Source: Proteromonas lacertae
Taxonomy: Eukaryota
Assembly (NCBI GenBank): GCA_002245135.1
Contig: NGBS01000590.1
Span: 62,001-126,000 of the forward strand
Direction of reading: 5' to 3'
DNA length: 64,000 nt
Of this stretch, positions 28,124 through 43,744 are shown in pieces. Under the pieces are notes generated by a model. That model saw only the letters and a program-made list of their open reading frames with translations. It was not told where the DNA came from and made no database searches. Position numbers and translations under genes: made by a program. The stretch's first letter is position 1. The number at the start of each line of letters is the position of its first letter.

Positions 28124-29608
28124 TCAGTTTTCATCAACATCTACCTCAGGCGAAGATGATGACAATGAATTACTTCCCCTTTGGCTTTTTCTATTATCTT
28201 TTATTTTAATTTCTATTTTATCATTTTTTTCTTCAATACTATTATCACTATCACCGTCATCTATATTTTTATTATTATTCTTTTTAGAATTATCCTTAAC
28301 ATTATCATCATCATCATATTCTTCTTCATCATCATCGCTTAATACCTGTGCCATTTCCAGATCTTCATGAGTAAGATTATTTCTTTCTGCAATTCGTTTA
28401 TTTACAGTTTTTCTGACAAAGTACAACAAAATCAAAGTCAAAACACATAAAGGAATTGTTGTTCTATATCCCCAAGCTTCACCTATATATTCATTTATAT
28501 AACCCTGAGTGAAATCAGTTAATATAATTAAAACCCCTTGAAATGTAACAATTATACTGGTTGGAGTTGATGATTGAGATTGATATACTTCCATTATACT
28601 ACACATTATTGTTGGCCAAAATGGAGCTACAAAGAAACCAGTTCCCATCAAAATAAACATTCCTACTTTATTGATGAATATAAATCCAAAGATATAAAAG
28701 ATTAAACAACCTATCATCGATATAATCAAAGAATTTACATATCCTATCTTTTGAATTATTCCACCTGTTATTAATCTTGCTACTGTAAATAGAATGTAGA
28801 AAGCAGTCATAAAGAATGATCCTTCATCAACTGCTGATAAATGTAATACATCTTGAATATATAAAACTGCCCAATTCGTTGCTGCCATTTCTACATTACA
28901 TTGAACTCCCAATGTTATTGTATATAACCATACTAATTTATCTTTTAAACATTCTGTTATTGTCAATTCGGGTAAATCATTTTTGTTTTTATTCTTAGAT
29001 TTTTGTTTGGATTTGGATGTGTGTTTTACTACTTTCTTTGAAGCTCCTCTTTCAAATTTTGAAAAGAATAGTGATAAAAATATAACAGCAGATGTTATAG
29101 CAAATATAAAATAATTATCTCTATAACCATTTTTCATATTTTTACTTATAAAACCTGCTAATAGTGGACCAAGCAAACAACCTGATCCATAAATACCATG
29201 TTCAATACTAATCCACACACCAGCATCTTTCACAAAGAAAATACTAGAAAATGAGTTAATTGACACTTCTAAAAATCCAAATCCACAATAAACTATTAGC
29301 AATCCACCTATTGCTCCATATTGTGATTCTACTAAAGCTGTTACTATAAAACCAATAGTTATTAAAACCATTGAGATGATATTCTTTGATTTATATGATA
29401 TATACTTTGACAATAATGTAGCAATTGCACAACATATAACATACGCTACATTTAACAATGATAATGAAGTTCCTGTAAAACTATAAGATAATGAGTAATG
29501 ATCTTTAATTAAAGGTAAAGTCACACTTCTAGAGAATTCATATACTCCATATGCAACTATTAATACATATAAATATATTGTGGTGGTAATAAATTGACAA
29601 TTAGGCAT
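28124..29608 (-). CDS. Major facilitator superfamily transporter (FucP/MFSD4-like), copy 1, intronless
   Basis: About 12 hydrophobic segments with LPLIK..Y.LSYS, GFGFLEV..N, G.YG.G.LLGP and ARLITG, plus an acidic tail. Confidence 0.85.
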   Translation of the reverse strand: MPNCQFITTTIYLYVLIVAYGVYEFSRSVTLPLIKDHYSLSYSFTGTSLSLLNVAYVICCAIATLLSKYISYKSKNIISMVLITIGFIVTALVESQYGAIGGLLIVYCGFGFLEVSINSFSSIFFVKDAGVWISIEHGIYGSGCLLGPLLAGFISKNMKNGYRDNYFIFAITSAVIFLSLFFSKFERGASKKVVKHTSKSKQKSKNKNKNDLPELTITECLKDKLVWLYTITLGVQCNVEMAATNWAVLYIQDVLHLSAVDEGSFFMTAFYILFTVARLITGGIIQKIGYVNSLIISMIGCLIFYIFGFIFINKVGMFILMGTGFFVAPFWPTIMCSIMEVYQSQSSTPTSIIVTFQGVLIILTDFTQGYINEYIGEAWGYRTTIPLCVLTLILLYFVRKTVNKRIAERNNLTHEDLEMAQVLSDDDEEEYDDDDNVKDNSKKNNNKNIDDGDSDNSIEEKNDKIEIKIKDNRKSQRGSNSLSSSSPEVDVDEN

Positions 29609-29958
29609 TTTATTGAATAGTCGTTTGAAATATGAAAAATTGTAAACAATGTGTTTTTTTGCTATATCTCAATAATTACTAAATATCAGAGCGAAATAAT
29701 TTGTTTCTATATTAATTATAGGATAGTTTATAGGATATTAAAATTTATTTCATGTATGCATGAGTATTTAAATAAATCAAGATTAAAGGTATGAGTGATG
29801 TGTATTTATGTATACTATGTTTTGTTACAATCATTATTTTCTATTTTCAACAATTATTAAGAAGATGATTCCGAATTGATTGAAATTGTTTAATTATGAA
29901 TGTACAGAATAAATAAATCCATAAAATCTTACATATAACATAATACTTATCCTATTTA

Positions 29959-31452
29959 TTATTTTTTTGTAATTAAATTAGATTTCTCATCATTTTCATC
30001 ATCTTCATCTTCAGAAGAAGATATGGTATTAATACCTATTTCATTCTTACTACTTCTTTCTATTTTTACTTCTATTTTTTCCTCTTCTTCACTTTCATCA
30101 TCATCATCTTTATTCTTTGATTTTCTAACTTTTCTCTTTTTCTCATTTACATTATTATTATCATCTGTTGATTCTTTATTATTTGTATTATTACCACTAT
30201 CTGGAACTTGTACCATTTCTATATCATTATGTAATAAATTATTTCTTTCTGCAATTCGTTTATTTACAGTTTTTCTGACAAAGTACAACAAAATCAAAGT
30301 CAAAACACATAAAGGAATTGTTGTTCTATATCCCCAAGCTTCACCTATATTTTCATTAATATATCCTTGAAAATAGTTAGTAAAAACAATCAATAATCCT
30401 TGTAATGTAACAATTATACTGGTTGGAGTTGATGATTGAGATTGATATACTTCCATTATACTACACATTATTGTTGGCCAAAATGGAGCTACAAAGAAAC
30501 CAGTTCCCATCAAAATAAACATTCCTACTTTATTGATGAATATAAATCCAAAGATATAAAAGATTAAACAACCTATCATCGATATAATCAAAGAATTTAC
30601 ATATCCTATCTTTTGAATTATTCCACCTGTTATTAATCTTGCTACTGTAAATAGAATGTAGAAAGCAGTCATAAAGAATGATCCTTCATCAACTGCTGAT
30701 AAATGTAATACATCTTGAATATATAAAACTGCCCAATTCGTTGCTGCCATTTCTACATTACATTGAACTCCCAATGTTATTGTATATAACCATACTAATT
30801 TATCTTTTAAACATTCTGTTATTGTCAATTCGGGTAAATCACTAGTTGCTGGTGGAGAATCAGGAGATTCAGGTATTTCATTATAGTGAATTCTTTCGAA
30901 TTTTGCACATAATAACAGGAAAAAAATAACTACAGAGGCTATAGCAAATATAAGATAATTATCTCTATAACCATTTTTCATATTCTTGCTTATAAAACCT
31001 GCTAATAGTGGACCTAATAGTGCTCCAATACCATAGATACCATGTTCGATATTTATCCATATCCCAGCGTCTTTCACAAAGAAAATACTAGAAAAAGCAT
31101 TTGCACCTACCTCTAAAAATCCAAATCCAAAGTATACAATTAGCAATCCACCTATTGCTCCATATTTCGTATCCACTAAAGCTGATACAAAGAATCCGCC
31201 TGTTACTATTACCATTGATATTATAATTTCTGTTTTATGTGAAATGTATTTTAGAATCAATGTAGCAAAAGCACAACATATAGAATAGGCTAAAGTAAAT
31301 GATGAAACAATCGTTCCTTCAATACTGTACGAAAAAGAATAGTGTTCCTTAATTAATGGCAATAATACACTTCTTGAACATTCATAAACTCCATACATAG
31401 CCAATAAGCCATATATATAAATAGTAGTAACTATAAATTGACAGCTTGGCAT
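29959..31452 (-). CDS. MFS transporter, copy 2 (tandem paralog), intronless
   Basis: Same architecture; the C-terminal half is largely identical to copy 1. Confidence 0.85.
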   Translation of the reverse strand: MPSCQFIVTTIYIYGLLAMYGVYECSRSVLLPLIKEHYSFSYSIEGTIVSSFTLAYSICCAFATLILKYISHKTEIIISMVIVTGGFFVSALVDTKYGAIGGLLIVYFGFGFLEVGANAFSSIFFVKDAGIWINIEHGIYGIGALLGPLLAGFISKNMKNGYRDNYLIFAIASVVIFFLLLCAKFERIHYNEIPESPDSPPATSDLPELTITECLKDKLVWLYTITLGVQCNVEMAATNWAVLYIQDVLHLSAVDEGSFFMTAFYILFTVARLITGGIIQKIGYVNSLIISMIGCLIFYIFGFIFINKVGMFILMGTGFFVAPFWPTIMCSIMEVYQSQSSTPTSIIVTLQGLLIVFTNYFQGYINENIGEAWGYRTTIPLCVLTLILLYFVRKTVNKRIAERNNLLHNDIEMVQVPDSGNNTNNKESTDDNNNVNEKKRKVRKSKNKDDDDESEEEEKIEVKIERSSKNEIGINTISSSEDEDDENDEKSNLITKK

Positions 31453-31553
31453 GTTTAAGAACTTGGGGTTAGTCTAAATTTTGACTAAAATGTAAAGTAA
31501 ATAAAACGAATAGTTTTCTTTTAATTAAATCTATTCTTTTGATTTTTGAAGCA

Positions 31554-34500
31554 ATGGAAAATAAATTGAAAGTAGTACAAGGTAAAATACAATCAGGAAT
31601 TCGGGAAGTCCAAGAATCTGGGTTTGAAACTCTTCTTCAACTCATAATTCAGTTTTTGCGTATATAATAAATTCTAAATATTATAGCAAGTCAAGATAAA
31701 AGGCCTTTATCACTATTATATAGTTATCTGCAATTTCCTAATGAGGATCTTGTTCAACTAAGTCTGATGAATATTTTGAAGTTGCATAGTTCCAATACAC
31801 TTGAATTAAATGAGATATTTGAAGAAATAGTTCCATTATTTTCAAATCCAATAACTTCTTCAAAGTCATATTTATTCTTTAGATATGTATATAATTTTAT
31901 TGTATTTTGCATGTAGATACATCAATTATTTTATAATATAACCAAAGAAAAGAAGGTCATTACTAAATACCTTTTTTCATCAAATCCTCATCCTCTGATA
32001 TCTGTATTCCTATCAGAAAGCTATTATACAATGTCATTTCAATCAATATTTCCAACTATATTACAAGATTGTGTGAAATACGCTGAATTGATAAATTCAT
32101 ACAAAATTCCACTGTTTTATATATTCAATGAAATAAATACAAGAATATTGTTCTTACAGAATATTAATATGATATTTAATGATATGACTATTGATAATCA
32201 AAAGTATATTATTTCTGTATTGAGAGAAATCTTATGGATAGATATAGGAAATATGAATAACAACAGCTGCCATTATGTAGATACAACAATCTATCAATAT
32301 TTATTGTTATTCCTACAAATACTATTGATTGAAAAAGAAGAAATATATTGCAATAAAATACTAAATGAGATAGGTGAAATAATCATATATCACATATATA
32401 TTGCTAGTAAAAATGAATTTCCATTGTTACCTTTACTTCAGATATTAAATAATATAACAAAACAAAACCCTATGGTTTTATGGAATAAAGAAATACTCTA
32501 TAATTTATGCTATTTGTTATATGTCAATAATGATGAATTATTAAACACAAAAATTATGAATATGTTTGAATTAGTGATTGATCAAATATACAAAGAGAAT
32601 GAAGGAGAAGAATCTATTAATGAAATAGAAAAGGAGTTTTTAATTAGTTGCTTGTTACCAAATATGATAAATAATAAATATTCAAAAATGAGTATGTTGA
32701 TTAATAAGATAAGAGATATAAAATGTGAATATAGAAAATCAATTATTCATTTATCAGAATATATTCCATACGTATTGATTATTGAAGCAATTGAGTCTAA
32801 AATACAGAATATTGAGTTGAATGAATGGCTTTTATGTTTGAATAACAATTCTAGTGATGATGATATAAATTGCTTTATTATGAATGTGTTATTGTTATAT
32901 ATTGTGAATAATAATAATAATAATAAGGAAAAAGAAGATAATAATAATGAAATAAATATTTTGATAGAAATACTAAAAACTCAAATCAAATCAAATCCAT
33001 CAAAATATATCATTCTATTATATTCAATTATACACATATTAAACAACAACAGTAACATTTCTGAGATTGAATATTATAACTTATTATCTCTATTACCGAT
33101 ATACTGTCATCTTATCAGTTGTATTCCATTGATTCAAAAGATAATAACACCAATATATAATGTATGATATATTATATGTTAATTTTATGATATCATAGAA
33201 TGAATCTACCAAATGTGTTGGTATAAAACTCATTACTGAAATATTTTCAATTCAATTTCTAACTCTCAATGTTGTTAATGCTGTTATTCTTACAGAATAT
33301 TCAGATTTTAACTGCAAAATGGCATTATGTAATTTACTGTATGTAATGTGTAAATATTATCCATCAAAAGGTAAAGAATATTTGTCAGTTTTGAATAGAT
33401 ATTTGTCATATCAAAACAATAGTATTTCTGCTTATATGTATATATTATTATATATTCGTAATGCTTTTAAATAGAATAAAATGTTTGATTGAGTTATGTA
33501 ACAATTCTGTAATTACTTTCTCTGATGTTTATGAATTGTTATTGAAACAGAATATCATTGATTTAATAGAAGAAAATAAAGGTGATATTGCTTTATACAT
33601 TGAATTCTGTAATTACTGTCAAATTGGAGGTAAAATAGTGAAATTAGAAGAAGATAAATCAACTAGAATAAAGCATATATTAATAAACTTTATTCATTCC
33701 TACAATAAAGAATTGAAAATAAGTTCATTAAACGCATTATCAAGTTATTCATTAAATGGATACAATATAGAGAATGAATTACCCAATCAGTGGACAGAAG
33801 ATCAAATCATATTAATTATCAATTTATTACTGAATAAGAACAATGATTCTGATATATTGAAAAGTATTGAATCATTATTAATGAGTGGTTTAATGATTGA
33901 AACAATGGAAGTGAGAAATACAAATATGTTATCTAATAAAGATGATAATAGCATTAATGGTGATGATAATAATGTACAAAGTAATAACTTTTATTCTTAT
34001 TTGTCGTATATATATTGATTATATTGTATAGTTTTTCTATTCCAGAAATTATGACAATTCTTCAACCAATTTCTTCCAAATCTGTGATTAATAACTCATC
34101 TATAATATCTCCAGCTCAGTGTTGTTTATTTCAAGAGAATATCAATGTGAAGATATTGAATGGCAAGAATAAAGATAATCTGTTAAAATCATATGAAAAT
34201 CATATAATAAAGTATATTAATAATATAATACATATCTGTTGATATATAGTTCATTTATTGAATATACAAATGATATAAATTTATCAAATTACAATAGTAT
34301 TCTCTCCCTCAACATCTATCCAATCATATGGAGATCTTTTGTTAATCAAACCTTACCAAGCCTTTCAATAGTGGATGGTTATTTACCAACAAAAATACCT
34401 GAAATTATACTGAATAAGTATTATGATTTGATTAGAAATGGTTTAAATTCAAAAATGCAGAATGTAAATAACAATAGTTCGCTTTGTCTCATTGAGTTTT

Positions 34501-37065
34501 ATCAATTCATTTCACCTGAATATAACAACATATTACTTGATATATATAGTAATTTGGTTGAAATAATCAATTCTAAAGGAATTGAATGGAATAAATATGG
34601 TTTATTACTTTCACTTACTTATTGTGTTCCATATTTATTCAAATATTCAGAGATGGATAAGATTATTAACATATTGAATATCTTATACCACCATTTGAAT
34701 AAATATGAGAATAATTTCACTAAATTTGGAGCAATTACATCTTTAACAATCATCTGTAAATTCATATATGACATATATCCAAATGGATATAGTAATACTC
34801 AACCAAAAATATCATGTATTATCATTATCTCCATATTGTTATTGTCATTCTCAAAAGAGATATTTCCCTATATTAACAATCCTCATATCTATTCTGACAA
34901 GATTAAGAATTGGTCAAATCAAATCAAAACATCAAACATTGAGCTTGAGAATGAACAAGATTTTTCAACTCCTCAAACAGATAAGTCATTCATTTTTAAT
35001 CAGTATATATTGATGTTGAATTATCTCTACCCAATTATATATAAATTGAATAATGCCGTTTGTATTGAAATATTTGAGTTTATGAAAGAATTACCATCAC
35101 TTTTAATAGATCCAAATACTCCAATGGAAAAAGAATTCAATGATGAAATAAAAATGACTGTTGATATTGCATTTAATGGAATTTATTATCATCTATACAC
35201 TGAGAAATACATAAAAGAAGAAGAATTGGAATTTTATATTAATGATTTATTTGATAAAAAATCAAAGGAAAGTGACAATAATAATACACTAATTTTAAGT
35301 TATTTCATATCTAAATTAGGTGAAAAAAGTATTATATTGAAGAGTAATATTGTTGAGAATGTAACTAAAGAGTTATTGTCTGATTTTGATGATGGTTTGG
35401 TGAATAAAAATATGATTAAAAACATGTTGGGGATAATGAATTTATTGAGTATAAATGTATTATTTGATATATCAAATTTCCATTCGATGAACTTGAAGTC
35501 AAACAGAAAATCAATGAAAGAAAAACTGAATGATTATTTCAAGAAACAAATTCAAAGTCTTAATGATATAAAATCACCTTCCACTCAATCAAATTTGAAT
35601 ATTTTATTCACTTTATATTCAATTATAATATCCAGTATAAGAAAAGATAGTCAGAATATGATATTAAGTATATTTTATAATGTATTTATTTATATAATGT
35701 AATAGACACTTCAAATGATCAGCTTTCAGGTAATAAATCAAAAGATGAAATACCAATATCACAAATGCATATGAAGTTTAAAAAAGATGGAATTATGTTT
35801 ACATTATTCAAACATTTACCTCCAGAATTAGATGATGATTTTCATGATTTTTATTGTTGTTTTATCAATTGTTTGTCAAAGTGTTATTTACCAAATATTT
35901 CTTTTAAATCTATACTTCAATATGCCTTTAATGTATGTATTGTGGTGTTTATTATTATTATTTATAGTATATCAAGAAATACAATAAATACAAACCAATT
36001 GAATCTACATTAGAGTTTAGTTTAAAGCATTGTGGAAGTGATTATTCATTAATATCATATGTTATAGATTTGTATATATTATATTCAATTCTTTTTGTTA
36101 TTCTTTAGGATTAACAATTTCATCAGTTTTATGCCAACAGTTCAAAAACAATTACTTGATCATATTCCATTGTTGATTGGAAGAATAAGTAAAGATTCAT
36201 TCATCTCTATATTATCAATAATCACAAATGCAATATTCAATAAATCTAAAGAATTTAACAAAGATAATGTGAGTGTTGAATTAAAATATATGAAAACTCT
36301 ACAGATATTGTTTATCAACAAGTTATTAGTAAATGAGATAGAACAATACATCTACAAAATACTTAAAGAGAATGTGTTAAAGAATCTTACACTTCCAATA
36401 ACAAATGATAATGAAATAAATGCTGAGTTAGTTGCAGTAATGGAAATATATTGTGAGATAATCATTCCAAAAAGTGAAATATTCTCAGAAATAAAGACAA
36501 AGAATGACGTTGAGATAATCATATTATTCTTAATGAGTCTTGGAATTGAAAAGAAATTACTTCAAATTGAGAATATTGATGAAGTAATAGAAAAAATATC
36601 AAAATTGGAGAATAACAGTGAAAACTTGAGAATAATACAACAATTGTGTATTATTTTAGCTATTAGAGTATATATTATTATGTATTATGTGTATTATATG
36701 AATAGTATAAAGAATTACAACCAAAAGAAATGAATGAATTGTTAATTGTGACTTTTCAATTCTTCAAACAAACCAAAAACAAAATACTGATGAAATTCTT
36801 GAATTATTTGTTTATTGTATTGCTTTATACTGAGAAGAATATTGAGCAGATTGTATCAGTAGATCAACAGTTTGAAATAGGAATAATTGAGCAAATGCTA
36901 AAGAATAAGCAAAATGGAATTAGATTATCCTATTCAACAGTTCAATTAATGCTTTCATTAACTAATAACCATCCATATGAATTAAAATATATCGAATTAT
37001 ATGGAATCATGGATTTAGATCAATACAAATGTGAGATTTATGATGAAATCTATCAAAATATGTAA
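31554..37065 (+). CDS. FOCAD: Focadhesin/RST1-like ARM-repeat protein; many introns
   Basis: Successive plus-strand ORFs are joined by introns of about 30 nt. NPHPLISV and LLSLLP...CIPLIQKII...KMALCNLLYVMCKYYPSKGKEYL...CLIELCNNSVI match the recalled focadhesin/RST1 pattern (PHPLITV; LYTLP...CI..IL; DIC...P..G..L; L..LC...V). Confidence 0.65.
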
Positions 37066-37175
37066 TTTCTATATTATTTCTTTTGTATTATTGTTGTTTT
37101 TTTATTTTTAAGCATAACACACACATATATTCAGTATTACTATATTTTATCAATTACCCATAATGTTTATGTAAT

Positions 37176-39014
<1,839 letters not shown>

Positions 39015-39140
39015 TTTAAAGTTGATTCTAAGAGAGCTGAACGATGATTGGACAAAATCAAGTTTCTAGAAGGTTTCTTGAAACGAATATATTTCTTCTA
39101 ATTGTTCTAAATTCTTTTTTCTTTTTTCGAGATAAATATA

Positions 39141-40689
39141 ATGTTTTACAATAGAATATTGAAATTTAGTAATAAATGTTGGTTTAGTACATCGAAAGAG
39201 ACCATATTTGCATTGTCTTCTGGTAGATTATTTGATGTAATATTCTAGGAATGCCTCCATGTGGTGTATCGATTATCAGATTATCAGGAAATGATTCATT
39301 GAGTATTTTAAAAAGATTTACCAGTTTGAAGAAAGTAAAACCTCAATTCGCTTATTATACTTCAATAAAAGATCCAAAGAGTAGTAAATTAATAGATAAA
39401 GGCTTATGTTTGTATTTTAAACAACCTCATAGTTACACAGGTGAAGATGTAGTTGAATTTCAAGTTCATGGAAGTTCTTCAGTAATTCAAAACCTATTTC
39501 GTCATTTATCAGAAGTTCCGAATTGTCGACCAGCCTACAAAGGAGAATTCACAAAAAGAGCATTTTTAAATAACAAAATGGATTTAACTCAAGTTGAAGG
39601 ATTATATGATTTAATAAATTCATATACAGAACTACAAGGAGAAAATAGTCAAAAGCAATATGGAGGATACTTAAGCGAATTATATAATAAGTGGAGAAAT
39701 GAATTAAAAGAGATGTTAACAATAACTGGAAGTTGTATTGATTTTGGAGAAGAAGAAGATGTAGAAAATATGAATTCATATAAATTACTATTAATTCCAA
39801 AGTATAAATATATATAATATGATATAATAATAGAATTAATAAAATGATAAAAGAAATAAATGATATACTATCAACTTCAAAAGTTGGTGAAATTATTAAA
39901 AATGGTTTGAATATGATATTAATAGGTCCTCCAAATGTAGGTAAAAGTTCATTTTATAATTTATTTTTGCAACATAATTATTCTATAGTTTCTTCAATAA
40001 AAGGTACAACAAGAGATTTAATACGAAATACAATTAGTTTTGAAGGAATTGCAATTAATATTGTTGATACAGCAGGAATATACTCCAATCACTCACAGCA
40101 TTTATCGAAAATAAATGTAATAGAAAAAGAAGGAATAAATCGAACTTTAAATGAGTTAAAGAAAAATTCAATTGATATTCCATTGTTGATATGTGATAGT
40201 GAAAATATGAATATAAATGAATATAATGAATTTAGAGACTTACAAACAAAACCGTGGTGGATAATATATAACAAAATAGATTTATTGAAAGAAAGAAAGA
40301 ACAAAAATAATATAAAAAGTATATTTAATGAGTGGAATGTTTATGATATATTTCCATTATCTTCAAAAACTGGAGAAGGATTGAATGAATTTAAGCACTC
40401 TTTAAAACAATATATTCATTCAAATTTATCTCTAAATCATAACAACAGTGTTAGTTTTGATGATGTGAATAAACATGATACAAACATATTCATCAGTGAA
40501 GAAAGACATAAACATCATTTAAAGCAATGTATAAAGAATTTAGAAGAGTGTTTAGTGAATATGGATAAAATAGAATTATGTAGTTATAATTTGAAAGAGT
40601 GTATGAATAGTATTGGTAGGATTATTGGTGTTATTGATACAGAAGAGATTTTAGATAATATATTTAGTAAATTTTGTATTGGTAAATAA
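39141..40689 (+). CDS. mnmE: tRNA-modification GTPase MnmE/GTPBP3 (organellar)
   Basis: TIFALSS, IIRLSG, PHSYTGEDVVEFQVHG, GEFTKRAFLN, GPPNVGKSS, GTTRD, DTAG, NKID and terminal FCIGK. Basic presequence; two short introns. Confidence 0.95.
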
Positions 40690-40755
40690 GTTATATATTT
40701 TTATTGTTGTTTTTACATATAATAATGAAATATAAGTGAAATAAAAGAATATTAT

Positions 40756-42848
40756 TTAGTTTATATGAGAAACTGATATTAATTCAACTGAAGAATCTTT
40801 ATCAAATAAAGCACAATAAGGATATAATGGAAAAGGTAAATCTTCAACAAGTAAAACAGGAGATGAATTATTATGACTAATCCAGAATTCTCTTTTATTC
40901 ATATCAACAATCATTTCATATATTAAACCATTTGCATGATTATCGAACCTTGGATATTTATTAACAACTCTTCCAATATCACAAACTGTAAATGCTAAAT
41001 CATAACCACATGTTGTTTTTTGCTTTGTTATGTCATTATCTGAATAGGTATTATTAGTTGATAAACCTAATACACAACTATTATATTTCTTTTTATACTT
41101 ATGTATTTTATATTTGATATGATATACTCCTTTTTCCATATTCAAATTTAAATAACAATGATTCTTAGAACCGTCTGTATTTGTAATGAATTTTCCATCA
41201 CCATAAACTCTCATGCCAATGCTTTTATTTAAGTTAGTGAAATTTACTTCTTGAATATTAACTGATATTTTAAACTGCTTTTCACTTACACTATTTTTAC
41301 ATTCAATTATATAGTCTTTCTTTTTAAAACTCGCTTCTACTTTTCCATGAATTATTCCACTTTCTTTATCTATTATTATTCCATCTGGTAAAGATGGATG
41401 AATTGAAAATTCACATGTTTCTCCATCGAATGAAGGAATAATTGAGATTTGTTCATATAATAGAAATATATATTCTGATTGGGGATATGAAAAAGATGTA
41501 ATTATTTTTTTTTCAATTTGCTTTAATACTTCTTCATTTGTAATAATTTTTTTCATCTCTTCCTTTTCTTCTAAACTCAGTTTCATTTCCTGAATATATT
41601 CGATTAACAACTCTTTGGATTTGGAATTTTGATAATGATCTTCATTGATTATTCTATACAATACCTCTCTTCCACATTTCTCTTCTATTATTGAAATATT
41701 CTTTTTGCTATCAATGTATAAACATAAACATTTTAATGATTTGTTTCTTTTAGTGTCATTGTATTCATTACATAACTTACATAATATAACTTGTTTATCA
41801 ATATTTTCGATAGTTAAATTTTTGTATTCTATTATCATTACTACTATTTCTGTCATTTTTAATTTACCTATTCCAAGCAAAAACCATATAATATGTATGA
41901 TTTCTTCTTTTGTCATTTTGTCTAATATTTTTATCTCTTCATTCACAGAATTTCATTTCATAATTCTTTTCATAAAAATTATTGATGATTAAATCTTGCA
42001 TTTTTTTGTCTTTTATCTTATATAAATCTATATAATTATAAGAATTATTCTCTCTCAACTTTATATTCATATCTCTTAATAGTTTCTTTATCTTATCTTT
42101 TAATTCATTATTTTTAACCATCCTACTATCAATACATTCTTCAATTAAACATGTAAAATTATCTTTTAACTCTTCATTATTATCATTCTTTTTGAACTTA
42201 TACCACTTTAATAATCTCTTTAATAACCATGTTTGATTTCGTATTATCACATCTCCCATATTTAATAATTCATACAAATTGTCTATTTCTAACATCATTA
42301 AATATTTATCTATTTTAACACAAGCGCTATTATATTATATATACTATCATATAAATATTTATATCCTCTCTTCTCGAATTCTATCATTCTCAATTCTTCG
42401 ATCTCTTTAATACACCCAGGAAAAACATTACATATATGATTTAATTTTAGAAATATACCATCCTCGTTATTGCTCTTTATAAAATCATAGCATTCATTTT
42501 TTATTTCTTCGTCTTCATAACACAAACAGAACATTAAGATTTCACAGACATTTACTTTACTTATATTCAGATCACCACCACTGTAGTATTTCTCCATCTC
42601 ATAATAGCCAATTTCTTCTATTTCTTCATATAACTCTAAAACTCCTTCAAATCTTTCATCTTCTAATATTTTCTTTAGAGTTTTGTTGCCACTTGCTAAT
42701 ACAGACTTTACTGAGGTAAATACACTATCTCTCAGCTTCACTTTCACATCACCATAACCATTTTCTACCAGTTTTCGACACAATCTATTACATAACAATT
42801 ATAATCATACCCCCTTTCTTTTGCATATTTATTCTCTACAGCTATCAT
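40756..42848 (-). CDS. BTB/BACK + Ig + SPRY family, copy 2 (divergent; frameshift near 41942)
   Basis: ATG 42848 and the same first intron as copies 1 and 3, plus an extra intron at 42310-42344. All three domains align with copy 1. TGTGAA-T-GAAGAG breaks the frame (error or pseudogene). Confidence 0.7.
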
Positions 42849-43093
42849 ATAGTGTAAATTCACTCAAAAACTGTATTTGATAATAAAGTTTGAAAATAAA
42901 TTTGGCTTGTTTGTCAAAATAGAATTTAAAATGTTTAATATTGAAAGATATAAGCCTTATGTAAATAAAATGAGGGTAAATACTCGTTATGTTATTATAT
43001 ATGAAATGATATGATCATTTAAATACCTAGAACATATGAATTAGAATATATATTACTCAAACTACAACAAATAACGTTATTACAACGATAATG

Positions 43094-43653
43094 TTAATTT
43101 TGATGTGAAACTGATAATAATTCTTTAACAAGTAAAACAGGAGATGAATTATTATGATTTATCCAAAATTCTCTTTTATTCATATCAATATGAAGTAATA
43201 TCTTCATTTTTACCATTAAATAGATAATAGTTACATGTTATTGATTGTTTATAAATATCATCACTACAATAGTCTTAATGTAATCTTTATATTTCCTCAA
43301 CAAATACTGATCATAGTAACACATACAAAATGAAAGTATTTTACAACATTCTTTTCATTCATATCAATTGCATCACCACTGTAATATTTCTCAATCTCAA
43401 GAAATGAGTAAATATCACAACCATCAAATAACTCTAAACAACCATCGATTTTTTCATCTTCTAATTACTTTTTATACGTTTAATTATCATGAATTAAAAA
43501 TAATTTTACACACATGACTTCTTTCCTTTCAATTAACACTTTCAAATCACCAAATCCTTCATTCACTAACTCTCGTCCTAGTCTATTCATAATATATATT
43601 ATAATAATAAAATAATGCCTATTTAAACCAAATTCAGCATTTATTAATTTCAT
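43094..43653 (-). pseudogene. Collapsed relic of the BTB/Ig/SPRY family
   Basis: LGRELVNEGFGDLKV start, in-frame stop and a YYSGD remnant, followed directly by SPRY fragments (TCNYY, DMNKREFWINHNNSSPVLLVK, LLSVSHQN*). About 1.5 kb is missing relative to intact copies. Confidence 0.8.
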
Positions 43654-43744
43654 TTTTGATAATATATCCGTTACTTTTAATACACTTCAATTTTGTATTT
43701 CAAAATAAATCACAAACAAATATAATTATAAATATACAAATAAT

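Noticed and set aside
31469..31488. Short inverted repeat TTAGTC-N8-GACTAA in the MFS/focadhesin spacer
   Set aside because: Six-bp arms are plausible by chance and the motif is not repeated elsewhere.
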